DNA of 64,000 nucleotides from Rhodobiaceae bacterium (GTDB taxonomy: Bacteria > Pseudomonadota > Alphaproteobacteria > RS24). A program made the position numbers and the translations under genes. The DNA is taken from NCBI GenBank assembly GCA_002721725.1, contig PBLK01000008.1, forward strand, positions 115,356 to 179,355. Reading direction: 5' to 3'. The notes below the pieces were generated by a model, which saw only the letters and a program-made list of their open reading frames with translations, was not told the origin of the DNA and did no database searches. Shown in pieces: positions 33,264 to 43,183 of this stretch; within the stretch, counting starts at the first letter, position 1, and every line of letters begins with the position of its first letter.

Positions 33264-33848
33264 TCAGATAATATGACAAGCATCGTCAAAGGCGAGGCGC
33301 GGCAGACGCTCAAACACCGCCTCGGGTCGGCCATGCCCGATATTGCACAACATATTGACGCGCCATTTCCCGTCGGGGAAAAATTCCTGATTGACGCCAT
33401 TAGCATCAAAGCCGCTGATCGGCCCGACATCGAGCCCCAATGCGCGCGCCGCCAGCATTAAATAAGCGGCTTGCAAAGAGCCGTTGCGCATCGCGGTTTC
33501 GGCGGCAAATTCTTCCGAACCGGTGAACCAGTCGCGCGCTTGCGGGTTATGGGGAAACAATTCGGGGATGCGGTCATAAAATTTCACATCATTGGCGATG
33601 ATGGCGCAGACCGGTGCATTGGTGACTTTTTCAATATTGCTTTCGATAATATGCGGCATGAGCCGCGCTTTGGCCTCATCGCTGGTGACGAAAACCAAAC
33701 GGGCGGGACAACAATTGGCACTGGTCGGGCCCATTTTCATTAAATCATAAAGCGCATGTAGCTGTTCTTTGCCGACCGGGGTCGAATCAAAATCATTGTG
33801 GCTACGCGCTTGGGAAAACAATAAATCGAGCGCCGTTTGGTCGAGCAT
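33264..33848 (-). CDS. nitroreductase-family protein (RutE/malonic semialdehyde reductase-like)
   Basis: The N-terminus MLDQTALDLLFSQARSHNDF, MGPTSANCCPARLVF and GPISGFD match the RutE-like nitroreductase pattern. Start trimmed to the ATG at 33848. Confidence 0.78.
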   Translation of the reverse strand: MLDQTALDLLFSQARSHNDFDSTPVGKEQLHALYDLMKMGPTSANCCPARLVFVTSDEAKARLMPHIIESNIEKVTNAPVCAIIANDVKFYDRIPELFPHNPQARDWFTGSEEFAAETAMRNGSLQAAYLMLAARALGLDVGPISGFDANGVNQEFFPDGKWRVNMLCNIGHGRPEAVFERLPRLAFDDACHII

Positions 33849-33858
33849 GGGCCTACCT

Positions 33859-34428
33859 TTACAAAACTGCGCGCACTTCGCTGACCGAAGGCACATAATG
33901 TTTTAACAGATTTTCAACCCCTTGCTTCAAGGTCGCCGTGGCTGACGGGCAACCGGCGCAAGCCCCGCGCAAATGCAGAGAGACAATGCCGTCTTGAAAA
34001 CCGTGAAAAACAATATCGCCGCCATCTTGGGCAACCGCAGGGCGCACCCGCGTATCGAGAATTTGTTTAATAATGGCTACGGTCTCAGAGTCTTCTTCCG
34101 CAATCTCCGCCTCGGCGGCATCGGCTCCGATAGCCGCGCCATCGACCATAAGCGGGCGCTCGGCAATGAAATGCTCCATAATGGCGGTCAGCAAAGCCGG
34201 TTTGACAATTTGCCATTCCAGCCCCTCTTGTTTCGACACAACAATATAATCAGCCCCGAAAAATACCGAGGTGACACCGTCAACGGCAAATAGGGCGGCC
34301 GCCAAGGGCGAGGCTTCAGCCGCTTGTTGATTAGGAAAATCAATCGGCGGCATGGCGCCGGTTACTTCGCGGCCCGGCAAAAATTTCAAACTGGCCGGAT
34401 TGGGCGTGTCTTCGGTTTGGATAAACAT
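33859..34428 (-). CDS. NifU/Nfu-type Fe-S cluster scaffold protein (Nfu_N + NifU C-terminal domain)
   Basis: The N-terminus MFIQTEDTPNPASLKFLP (Nfu_N) and the C-terminal CxxC motif GACAGCPSATATLKQGVEN are present. Confidence 0.88.
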   Translation of the reverse strand: MFIQTEDTPNPASLKFLPGREVTGAMPPIDFPNQQAAEASPLAAALFAVDGVTSVFFGADYIVVSKQEGLEWQIVKPALLTAIMEHFIAERPLMVDGAAIGADAAEAEIAEEDSETVAIIKQILDTRVRPAVAQDGGDIVFHGFQDGIVSLHLRGACAGCPSATATLKQGVENLLKHYVPSVSEVRAVL

Positions 34429-34506
34429 CAGAAATTCCTCTTTTTATCGCGCGACGGATACCTTCTTATATAGACCGTCTCGCCCCGAAATACGAGGGCG
34501 CGGCGT

Positions 34507-35118
34507 CTAGGCGCGCGACGCGGCGGGCAGGGGGCGGGTCAGCGCATAGCCGAGACCGGCTAGCCAAACAGCTGTCAGCACATGAAAAATATGCCAGCTC
34601 ACCGCGGGTGGCAACCAAGCGGCCTGACGAAACAGCAAAACATTGAGCAACATCAAAGCCGACAGCGCAAAAACCTGAGCCGGCGGAAGCTGCAAAAGCG
34701 CGGCGCTGCGCGTCGCTAGAGTAATAAATATCAGCGACCAGATGGCGAAAAGAGGCACAATAAGCACAGGGAAAGCCATGGCAAAGGCCAGCGCCACAGA
34801 GACCGTCACCATATAACGCCACTGCAGGGGCGAGCCCGCCCAATGCGCGGCCGAAGCGCGGCGCGCCAAAAGATCATAAACCAGCGCTGTCATTGCCGCC
34901 GTGCCGCCCAGCGTGCCGGCCAAGCGATGCACATCAGCCAGCGCAGCAATCAGGCTGCCATCTCGGTCGAGGCCGAAGCGCACCACGCCAAGTGCAGCAG
35001 CTCCGCTAAACAATAAAATGCCCAATGCGGCGGCCTTGTGCCCTTGGCTGAGGCAAGCCTGCGCCGCCCCGACGCCGGCCAGCACAATCAATAATTCGGA
35101 AAGCGCATAATGGGTCAT
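34507..35118 (-). CDS. uncharacterised polytopic inner-membrane protein (about 6 predicted TM segments)
   Basis: Length is 203 aa, with Ala/Leu/Gly-rich hydrophobic segments throughout. No motif is recognised. It starts 9 nt after the stop of the upstream hydroxylase gene. Confidence 0.5.
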   Translation of the reverse strand: MTHYALSELLIVLAGVGAAQACLSQGHKAAALGILLFSGAAALGVVRFGLDRDGSLIAALADVHRLAGTLGGTAAMTALVYDLLARRASAAHWAGSPLQWRYMVTVSVALAFAMAFPVLIVPLFAIWSLIFITLATRSAALLQLPPAQVFALSALMLLNVLLFRQAAWLPPAVSWHIFHVLTAVWLAGLGYALTRPLPAASRA

Positions 35119-35127
35119 GCCAAATGC

Positions 35128-36054
35128 CTATTCGGCGGCGACCGGTGGCGTTTTGTCGAGCACGCCGGCGGCGCGCTTAATGTCCAAAGAGGTTTTTCGC
35201 GAACCGTCATGGCTCCAACCGGGCGGCGCGATAATATAGCAAAGCCGCTGCGTCAGAGTCAGGCCCGGGCGCACGACATCTTTGAAAATGCCCCAATATT
35301 CATGAATGAAGATTTTGAACGGATTATAATGGGTGAAATCGGTGACCAAGCCATAATTGGGGCGGTCATCGACATCCTCCGCGACAAATGTGCCGAATAA
35401 TTTATCCCAAATAATCAGCGTGCCGGCATAATTGGCATCGAGATATTGTGGGTTCTTGCCGTGATGCACGCGGTGATGGGAAGGTGTGTTGAACACCGCT
35501 TCAAACCAGCGCGGCATTCTGTCGACCGTTTCCGTATGAAGGAAGAATTGATAGACGGCATTGAGCGCGCCGCAGAAAATCACCATAAGCGGGTCAAAGC
35601 CGACCAGCACCAGCGGCACTTTCAAAACCGTTGTGCCGGTAAAATGCTTGGTCCAGCCTTGGCGCAAGGCGACGGCAAATGAAAAGCGTTGGCTCGAATG
35701 ATGAATAATATGCATCGCCCATGGCCAACGGCAGCGATGGGCAATGCGGTGATGCACATAATAGCGCAAATCATCCAGCACAAAACAGGCAACCAGAGTG
35801 GCAAAGCTCAGCGGCAATACGGTGATTTGATAATTTTGCGCCCAATAGAGCATGCCAACAGTCAAAAACGCCGCCGCGCCATTGGTGATGACCGAAAACA
35901 GCCCCATGAAAATGCTCACGCCGTCATCCTTGGCATTGAGACTGCCGCTTTTGGCGAAAAATTTGACTACAATTAATTCAATGGCAATGGCCAGAAAAAA
36001 TACCGGAATGGCGGTAAGCGTGACTTTGACGGCGATCAGCTCTTCAATTTGCAT
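35128..36054 (-). CDS. fatty acid hydroxylase / sterol desaturase superfamily membrane di-iron enzyme
   Basis: The three histidine boxes HHRIAH, HIIHH and HHRVHH are present, with N-terminal TM segments. Start trimmed to the ATG at 36054 (MQIEELIAV...). Confidence 0.85.
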   Translation of the reverse strand: MQIEELIAVKVTLTAIPVFFLAIAIELIVVKFFAKSGSLNAKDDGVSIFMGLFSVITNGAAAFLTVGMLYWAQNYQITVLPLSFATLVACFVLDDLRYYVHHRIAHRCRWPWAMHIIHHSSQRFSFAVALRQGWTKHFTGTTVLKVPLVLVGFDPLMVIFCGALNAVYQFFLHTETVDRMPRWFEAVFNTPSHHRVHHGKNPQYLDANYAGTLIIWDKLFGTFVAEDVDDRPNYGLVTDFTHYNPFKIFIHEYWGIFKDVVRPGLTLTQRLCYIIAPPGWSHDGSRKTSLDIKRAAGVLDKTPPVAAE

Positions 36055-36149
36055 GGGACACCCCTTCAATGCGTAGCTAAAAATTATAACCCGCATAACA
36101 ATAAAAATTAATTGAATAATTAGACCTTTTTACATAGTTTTGGTTAATA

Positions 36150-37046
36150 ATGTTTGATATTCGGCAAATCCAATATTTCGAAGCGGTCTATCGCTTGCGC
36201 AGCTTCTCGCAAGCGGCCGATGAAATGCATTTGACGCATGCAGCGCTGACCAAAAGCATCAAAACGCTGGAGCATAAATGGGGGGTGCAACTGTTTCACC
36301 GCACCACTCGGCGCGTCAGCCCCAGCGCTGCCGGCCATCGTCTGTATGAAAAAGTGCCGCTGTTTCTCGCCGAGGCCGAAGCCTTGCGCCAGACCGCCAT
36401 GCGCGAACAGCGCCATATTCGCCTAATGTGCGGCCCTGTCGTGCTCGATACGCTGGTCCATCCGGCGCTTTTGGCGCTGCGTGCCAAATATGATGACAGC
36501 CGCATCAGCGCCGAAACCAAGCCGCCGCTGGAAGGCTTGGAAGATGTGCTGGAGCGGCGCGCCGATTTAATGCTCATCCACGCCAATACGCTCAAAGCCC
36601 TGCCTTATGGCGAGCGGCTCATGGTGACACCGATTGTTGATGAGCCCTATCGCGTTATCTGTTGCAGCGGCCATGAGGTGCTCTCGGGCAACCGGCAATT
36701 GGACGATATTATTCCCCATGATTGGGCGATTGCCGGTTTCGACATGTTTTTCCAACAAACCTTGCCGCAGCCCTTGGCCGCTTTATTGAGCACCCATGAT
36801 TTTCCGAAATATCGGTTGCTCAGCCAAACCGCCTGTCTTGATTTGGCGCGTCAAAGCGATGTGCTGACATTGGTGCCCGAACGCAGCGCCGTGTATTTGA
36901 CCCGGCAAGACGGGCTCAGCAGCTTTGCCTTTCCGGGGCCTTTGCGCTTTACCATTTGCGCGGCGCGCGTCAAAAACAAGGCGACCGACACGGCCGAACA
37001 CGGCTTGTTGGAGGAGTTTATTGCGGCTTTGCGCGCTGCTGCATGA
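36150..37046 (+). CDS. LysR-family transcriptional regulator
   Basis: The N-terminal HTH is MFDIRQIQYFEAVYRLRSFSQAADEMHLTHAALTKSIKTLE, with a LysR substrate-binding domain length (298 aa). It is divergent from the hydroxylase gene. Confidence 0.9.
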   Translation: MFDIRQIQYFEAVYRLRSFSQAADEMHLTHAALTKSIKTLEHKWGVQLFHRTTRRVSPSAAGHRLYEKVPLFLAEAEALRQTAMREQRHIRLMCGPVVLDTLVHPALLALRAKYDDSRISAETKPPLEGLEDVLERRADLMLIHANTLKALPYGERLMVTPIVDEPYRVICCSGHEVLSGNRQLDDIIPHDWAIAGFDMFFQQTLPQPLAALLSTHDFPKYRLLSQTACLDLARQSDVLTLVPERSAVYLTRQDGLSSFAFPGPLRFTICAARVKNKATDTAEHGLLEEFIAALRAAA

Positions 37047-37058
37047 GCCGCGCCAAGC

Positions 37059-37544
37059 TCAGGTCAGCGCGTCAATCTCATCATCGGATAAATCGCCCGG
37101 CACAATGGTCACCGGAATATGCACGGCCGATTTGCCGGCGCCAATGGCCGCGACAAGTGGGCCCGGGCCACCCGAGTCAACGGCTGCCGCCAAGACCAAA
37201 GTTGATATGGAGCGGTCTTCATCAATCAGCCGAGCAATTTCTTCGGCCAATTGACCGTGGCGTATATGGCTTTCGGGCTTTTCACCACCCAACATTTCTA
37301 CCAAGCCGGCTGACTCGGTGAGAATTTTTTCCGCTTCGATTTCCGCTTCCTCTTTCATCAGGCTGGAGACGCCCAACCAATGGTCATGGGTCTCCGGCTC
37401 AATGACCAGCAAGAGCGCGATCTTGCCGCCCGTGCCATGGGCGCGGCGCGCGGCAAAGCGCAAAGCCGCATGGCTTTCCGGCGTGCCGTCCACGACAATT
37501 AAAAATTTGCGTTGCAAATGGCGGTTAATATCCATGGCCGCCAT
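37059..37544 (-). CDS. universal stress protein (UspA family)
   Basis: A Usp fold pattern is present (KFLIVVDGTPESHAAL...GPLVAAIGAGKSAVHIPVTIVPG). The track start at 37571 is a TTG, and the ATG at 37544 is a plausible start. Confidence 0.75.
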   Translation of the reverse strand: MAAMDINRHLQRKFLIVVDGTPESHAALRFAARRAHGTGGKIALLLVIEPETHDHWLGVSSLMKEEAEIEAEKILTESAGLVEMLGGEKPESHIRHGQLAEEIARLIDEDRSISTLVLAAAVDSGGPGPLVAAIGAGKSAVHIPVTIVPGDLSDDEIDALT

Positions 37545-37577
37545 GCTGCCAGTGTGGTGCTTTAGAGACAAGCAAAA

Positions 37578-38597
37578 TCAGGCTTTACTTCCCAGAAAGC
37601 CGACAAGTTTTCTGACCTCGGCCATAATCGGTTCGGCAATGGCGCGGGCCCGCGCAGCACCATCGGCCAGCACCGCATCAACCGCTCCCGGATCATCATT
37701 CAAGCGCCGCATTTCATCGCCAATCGGCGCGATTTTGGCAATTGCCAGTTCGGCCAAGTCTTCTTTTAAGGCGGAAAATTGCTGACCGGCAAATTGGCTG
37801 ATGGCGGTGGCCATTTCCTGCTCAGCCAAAGCGGCGTAAATGCCCAATAGATTGGCCGCCTCGGGACGCCCTGCCAAACCGTCTTGGCTTTCCGGCAAGA
37901 CCTCGGGATCAGTTTTGGCTTTACGGATTTTCTTGGCAATCTCATCGGCGCTGTCAAGCATGGTGATGCGCGACAAATCGGAAGGGTCGGATTTCGACAT
38001 TTTCTTACTGCCGTCACGCAGGCTCATCACCCGCGTCGCCGGCCCTTGAATGAGCGGCTCGGGCAGCGGGAAAAACCCTGCTGCGTCAAAATCATTATTG
38101 AACTTTTGTGCAATGTCGCGTGCCAATTCCAGATGCTGTTTTTGGTCTTCTCCGACCGGCACATGGGTCGCCTGATAAACCAAAATATCTGCCGCCATGA
38201 GATTGGGATAAACATAAAGACCGACTGACGCTTTTTCGCGGTCCTTGCCGGCTTTTTCTTTAAATTGCGTCATCCGACTGAGCCAGCCCATCCTCGCCAC
38301 GCAATTCAACACCCATGCCAGCTCGGCATGTTGCGGCACTTGCGCTTGGTTAAAGACAATATGATTTTTCGGGTCGACCCCGGCGGCAATAAAAGCGGCG
38401 GCCACTTCGCGCGTATTGGCGGCCAGTTCGGCCGGATCTTGGAACACGGTAATGGCGTGTAAATCGACCACGCAATACAGGCATTCATGACTATTTTGCA
38501 TTTCGACAAAATTGCGAATGGCGCCGAGATAATTGCCCAAATGCAAATTACCGGTCGGCTGGACACCGGATAAAACGCGCGGCTTTGGCTCGCTCAT
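37578..38597 (-). CDS. trpS: tryptophan--tRNA ligase
   Basis: The class I signatures [12 protein letters not shown] (HIGH) and KMSKSD (KMSKS) are present. Start trimmed to the ATG at 38597 ([11 protein letters not shown]). Confidence 0.96.
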   Translation of the reverse strand: MSEPKPRVLSGVQPTGNLHLGNYLGAIRNFVEMQNSHECLYCVVDLHAITVFQDPAELAANTREVAAAFIAAGVDPKNHIVFNQAQVPQHAELAWVLNCVARMGWLSRMTQFKEKAGKDREKASVGLYVYPNLMAADILVYQATHVPVGEDQKQHLELARDIAQKFNNDFDAAGFFPLPEPLIQGPATRVMSLRDGSKKMSKSDPSDLSRITMLDSADEIAKKIRKAKTDPEVLPESQDGLAGRPEAANLLGIYAALAEQEMATAISQFAGQQFSALKEDLAELAIAKIAPIGDEMRRLNDDPGAVDAVLADGAARARAIAEPIMAEVRKLVGFLGSKA

Positions 38598-38667
38598 GAG
38601 ATTTCCTTTTTGCTCACATCGCCCCATGCGGCGGTTGCGGAGGTGATTATAGCCCGTTTATGGCGCA

Positions 38668-40242
38668 TCACTGGCTGCCTCGCAAGAGGCCGATATCGGC
38701 GCGGCGCAATCCGCCCAAAGCGACCGCCGCCAGCCCATAAACCAATGCCCCGGCCGCAATAAACACGGCGAGCCAGGCGGCCAAACCCGAAACGCTGTCG
38801 GACAAAATATCCGGAGGCATTAAACCCATGGCCTGATAGAGCGCCCACCCCATCAGCCCCGCCGCCAAAACTTGCGCCGCCACGCGGCGCAGCAGCGGCC
38901 ATGACAAATGATAAATATCGCGGCGCGCCATGCGCCATAACATGAGGGTCAGGGTTACCCAACCGGCCATGACAGTGGCAAAGGCAATGGCCGGCGCGCC
39001 ATAGGATGGAAACAAGGCCAGCGAGAGGGCGATATTAAAGCCGACGCCAATGGCCCCATCAATCAGCGGCGCGCGCGTGTCTTGGCGTGCAAAAAAGGAA
39101 GGCTGTAACGCCTTGACCAAAACAAAAGCCGGCAGACCGAAGCTGAACACGATAATCAGTTGCGCGGTTATGGCGCTGTCGGTCGCACTGAACGCGCCGC
39201 GCTCAAACAATAGGCTGACAATCGGCCCTGCCAAAACCGCCAAGCCGACCGCTGCCGGCAGGGTCAGTCCAGCGGCCGCCAAGACGGCCATATCTTGAGT
39301 GCCCTTCGCGCGCGCCGTCTCGCCCTTGGCCAAATGGCGCGCCAATTCGGGCAGAAGGGCGACCGAAAGCGCCACGCCGATAACCCCCATGGGCAATTGA
39401 TAAAGCCGGTCGGCATAATAAAGCCAAGCTGCCGCGCCGGCTTGGCCGGTGGCGATGGAGGTGCCGACCAGTAAATTTATCTGCCCGATACCGGCCGCCA
39501 AAATGCCGGGCACAGCCAAGCGCCAAACTTTTTCGACATCATCGGAAAGCGCTGGCCGCGATAGTGTAACCCGCAGGGCGGCGCGCCGGGCCACAATAAA
39601 GACAAAGAGAAATTGCGCCAGACCGGCCAGCACGACACCGTAAATGACATAATCAAGCAGCCGTTCATCACCCATTGGCACGCCTTTGAGCACGGCCAAA
39701 GCCATGGCCGCGATGAGCACCAAATTGAGCAGCACCGGCGCCAAAGCGGCGGCGAAAAAGCGATTGAGCGCATTGAGCATGGCGGCAAAAAGCGCCATGA
39801 GCGACATGAAAATCAAATAGGGAAAGCTGAGCCGCGCATAATGCACGGCCAGAGCGAATTTTTCGTCATCACCGGCAAAGCCTTGTGCCAAAGCAAGCAC
39901 CAAAGCGGGCATGAAAATTTCCGCCAAAAGTGTAAACACTGCCAAAGCGGCCAACAAAACGGAAAATATCTGTCCGGCAAAAGCCAACGCCGCGCTTTTC
40001 CCTTTTTGCGCCAAGCGCTCGGAAAATAGCGGCACAAAGGCGGCGTTAAAAGCACCTTCGGCAAATAGACGGCGAAACAAATTGGGCAGGCGAAACGCAA
40101 TGACAAAAATCTCCGCCAATGGGCCCGCCCCCATCAGCGCAGCGAGAAAAATGTCCCGCATAAAGCCGGTGATGCGGCTCGCCATTGTGGCGCTGCCGAT
40201 CAATGCGGCATTGGATAAAATTCCCCGGCTCGGCCGCGCCAT
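38668..40242 (-). CDS. murJ: lipid II flippase MurJ (MviN)
   Basis: Length is 524 aa, polytopic. The N-terminus SRITGFMRDIFLAALMGAG..ADAF..AFRLPNLFRRLFAEGAF is typical of MurJ. Confidence 0.93.
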   Translation of the reverse strand: MARPSRGILSNAALIGSATMASRITGFMRDIFLAALMGAGPLAEIFVIAFRLPNLFRRLFAEGAFNAAFVPLFSERLAQKGKSAALAFAGQIFSVLLAALAVFTLLAEIFMPALVLALAQGFAGDDEKFALAVHYARLSFPYLIFMSLMALFAAMLNALNRFFAAALAPVLLNLVLIAAMALAVLKGVPMGDERLLDYVIYGVVLAGLAQFLFVFIVARRAALRVTLSRPALSDDVEKVWRLAVPGILAAGIGQINLLVGTSIATGQAGAAAWLYYADRLYQLPMGVIGVALSVALLPELARHLAKGETARAKGTQDMAVLAAAGLTLPAAVGLAVLAGPIVSLLFERGAFSATDSAITAQLIIVFSFGLPAFVLVKALQPSFFARQDTRAPLIDGAIGVGFNIALSLALFPSYGAPAIAFATVMAGWVTLTLMLWRMARRDIYHLSWPLLRRVAAQVLAAGLMGWALYQAMGLMPPDILSDSVSGLAAWLAVFIAAGALVYGLAAVALGGLRRADIGLLRGSQ

Positions 40243-40243
40243 A

Positions 40244-43075
40244 TCAGGCCGCCTTTGACTTGCCGCGCTTATCGGAACCTGATCGCCGCGTCGGCTTTTT
40301 GGGTTGCGCTGCTTTCACTGGATTATTAATCACGCGGCGCAAAACGGCGCGTAATTTTTTCTGCCGCGCCGCTTCGGTAATTTGCGCACCAGACAAATCA
40401 GTGACGTGAAACACATCCACAACGCGCTCGCCAAAAGTCGCAATGCGCGCTGCCGATACTGACAGATTGAGGTCAAACAAAGCACGCAAAAGGGCATAAA
40501 GCAGCCCCTGCCGGTCAAGCCCGCTCACTTCAATGACGCTGGCATTATCGGCCAGCTGATTGGAAATGCGCACTTGCGGCGCCAAATCAAAGGCCTCAAT
40601 ATGCGCGCGTTGCGGGGCCGCATCCAAATGGTCGGGGACAATCACCCGGCCCGATAAGACATCGCGCATGGAGGTAATCAATCGGCTTGCCTTCTCCGAA
40701 GATAAAGGCCCGGCTTGACCCCGATCGGCAACATGCAGCGCATCAATGGCCAAGCCGTCACGCGTGGTGGTGATACGCGCGTCCAAAATGGTCAAACCGG
40801 CCAGCGCGCAAGCCCCCGCCAGACGAGCAAACAGGCCCGCGTGGTCTTGGCAGATAATGGTGATTTCCGAACAATCGCGCAGTTTGTCACCATGCACTTC
40901 CAACGCCACAGGCTCGCCGGCCTCCTCCATGGCGGCAATCATATCGGCGTGGCGCACTTGCGCTTCGGTTGAAAAGCTGAGCCAATAAGCATCGGATTGG
41001 CGGCGCATGTAGGCGTTTAATTTGTTTTTTTTCCAGGCCTTATTAGCCAATTGCGCGAAAGCGGTTTTGGCCCCGTCAAGGCGTTCGCCGCGAGCCGCCA
41101 ATGCCGTGCCGGCATTGAAGCGCGAGGCAGTTTCGGCATAAAGCTCGCGCAAAAGCTGCGCTTTCCAACCATTAAACACGCCGGGCCCGACGGCCTTAAT
41201 ATCGACCTCAGTCAGCACGAATAAATGATTTAGGCGTTCCATGCTTTGCACGGTTTTGGCGAAATCTTCGACCGTGTGCGGGTCGGATAAATCGCGCCTT
41301 TGCGCAACGTCGCTCATCACTAAATGTTCGCGGACCAGCCATTCGGTGAGCGCAGTCTCAGCCTTTGAAAAGCCGAGCCGCGGGCCAAGCTTTCGAGCAA
41401 TGCGCGCGCCGGCAATCGAATGGTCTTCGGGGCGGCCTTTGGCGATATCGTGCAGGAAGGTGGCGAGATAAATGACACGTCGATTGACCGAACCATTATT
41501 CAATAATTCCGTGGCCAAAGGATGTGCCTGCGAGACTGCACCTTTCTCAATTTCGCGCAACAGGCCGAGCGCGCGCAGCAAATGTTCATCCGCCGTATAA
41601 TGATGATACATATTGAACTGCATTAGCGCGACAATACGTCCGAAATCAGGGACGAAACGGCCCAACACACCGGCCTCATTCATGCGCCGCAAAATCCGTT
41701 CCGGATCGCGCTTGGAGGTTAAGAGGTCGAGAAATAATTTATTGGCCGTCTCATTTTGCCGCAAGGCCTCATCAATCAAATGCGTGTGCTGGGTGATAGC
41801 GCGCAGCGTGTCGGGGTGAATATCCAATCCGGTGGTGTCGGCGAGGTGGAACACGCGAATGAGATTGACCGCATTGCGCGTGAAAATATCACGCCGCGTC
41901 ATTTTCAAACGGCTCACTCCAATGGTGAAGCCGTCGACTTGTTTTTGGCGTCGAAACAACGCTGGCAAACGCGCGGCAGCGCGCGGCTTTTTCTGTGCCG
42001 CTTCCAAAGAGGCGCAAAAAATGGCCGTTAAATCGCCGACGTTTTTGGCGACCAGAAAATAACGCCGCATGAATTTTTCAACCGGCTTCATGCCCGATTT
42101 TTTTGCGCCAGAAGCTGAGGGCACATCGCTTGGATAGAAAAAAGCTGCCATTGGTTTTTGTACATCAAAGCTAAGGCGCTCTTGAGCCATATTGGTGAGA
42201 AAATGCAAATGGCAGCGCACATGCCATAGAAAATCATCGCACTTGCGAAACAGCCGCAATTCCTCAGCCGTCAGCACGCCGAGGCCGACCAGGTCATCTA
42301 ATGCCTCAACTTGATAGCTGTAACGCGCGATCCAAAACAAAGTGTTCAAATCACGCAACCCGCCCTTGCCCTCTTTCAAATTGGGCTCGACCAAATAGCG
42401 CGAACGGCCGGTTTTTTCATGCCGCTCATCGCGTTCGGCTAATTTGGCGGTCACAAATTGCCGCGCTGTGCCTTGCATAACCTTGCTTTGAAAGGCCTCT
42501 TTATAGGCCTCAAATAGCGGCGAACTGCCCCATAAACACCGGCTTTCGAGCATTGCGGTGCGCACTGTCATATCGGCTTGCGCTTGCGTCACACATTCAT
42601 TGACCGTGCGCGTTGCATGGCCGACTTTCAGCCCCAAATCCCACAACATATAAAGAATATATTCGACAAAACTTTCGCTGGTCGCATTGCGCTTATACGG
42701 CAGAAGAAACAATAAATCGATGTCGGAATGCGGGGCCAGACGGCCACGGCCATAGCCGCCGACCGCCACCATAGTTACTTTTTCAGCATCGGTCGGATTG
42801 GCTATAAACAGCACATGGGTGGAAACAAAATCGGCCAATGTGGCGAGCATGGCATCCATTTGCGCCGATAAAGTCTCGGCGCATTTGGCGCCTTTCAGCC
42901 GTTTTTCTTCCAGGCCTCGCTGCGCAGCGGCGCGGTCGGCTGCCATATGGGCGCGTAACTCATCCAGCACCGCCAAGCGCAAGCCCTTGTCATTACCTTG
43001 ATGGGTTAGCGCCAAAGCCGAAAGCCGCTCGGCTAAGGGCCACTGTCGGTTTTTCACCGAATTATTGTTTGCCAT
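40244..43075 (-). CDS. glnD: [protein-PII] uridylyltransferase/uridylyl-removing enzyme GlnD
   Basis: The nucleotidyltransferase motif GGYGRGRLAPHSDIDLLFL, an HD domain and two C-terminal ACT domains are present. The ATG at 43075 has GAAGGGA upstream. The track start at 43108 is a TTG. Confidence 0.95.
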   Translation of the reverse strand: MANNNSVKNRQWPLAERLSALALTHQGNDKGLRLAVLDELRAHMAADRAAAQRGLEEKRLKGAKCAETLSAQMDAMLATLADFVSTHVLFIANPTDAEKVTMVAVGGYGRGRLAPHSDIDLLFLLPYKRNATSESFVEYILYMLWDLGLKVGHATRTVNECVTQAQADMTVRTAMLESRCLWGSSPLFEAYKEAFQSKVMQGTARQFVTAKLAERDERHEKTGRSRYLVEPNLKEGKGGLRDLNTLFWIARYSYQVEALDDLVGLGVLTAEELRLFRKCDDFLWHVRCHLHFLTNMAQERLSFDVQKPMAAFFYPSDVPSASGAKKSGMKPVEKFMRRYFLVAKNVGDLTAIFCASLEAAQKKPRAAARLPALFRRQKQVDGFTIGVSRLKMTRRDIFTRNAVNLIRVFHLADTTGLDIHPDTLRAITQHTHLIDEALRQNETANKLFLDLLTSKRDPERILRRMNEAGVLGRFVPDFGRIVALMQFNMYHHYTADEHLLRALGLLREIEKGAVSQAHPLATELLNNGSVNRRVIYLATFLHDIAKGRPEDHSIAGARIARKLGPRLGFSKAETALTEWLVREHLVMSDVAQRRDLSDPHTVEDFAKTVQSMERLNHLFVLTEVDIKAVGPGVFNGWKAQLLRELYAETASRFNAGTALAARGERLDGAKTAFAQLANKAWKKNKLNAYMRRQSDAYWLSFSTEAQVRHADMIAAMEEAGEPVALEVHGDKLRDCSEITIICQDHAGLFARLAGACALAGLTILDARITTTRDGLAIDALHVADRGQAGPLSSEKASRLITSMRDVLSGRVIVPDHLDAAPQRAHIEAFDLAPQVRISNQLADNASVIEVSGLDRQGLLYALLRALFDLNLSVSAARIATFGERVVDVFHVTDLSGAQITEAARQKKLRAVLRRVINNPVKAAQPKKPTRRSGSDKRGKSKAA

Positions 43076-43183
43076 GACGGCAATCCCTTCTCGCCCGTCT
43101 TTGGGCAAATATTTACATCATTTTCATATAGCATGAATTGCGGCTAAATCACGGCGTTGGCAAATCACCAAAGGGCGCAGCAC

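Noticed and set aside
36055-36149. LysR T-N11-A binding box in the hydroxylase-lysR intergenic region
   Set aside because: Only an ATTA-N6-TAAT dyad was found in very AT-rich DNA. Such dyads arise easily by chance in AT-rich spacers, so it is mentioned in a finding but not annotated as a feature.
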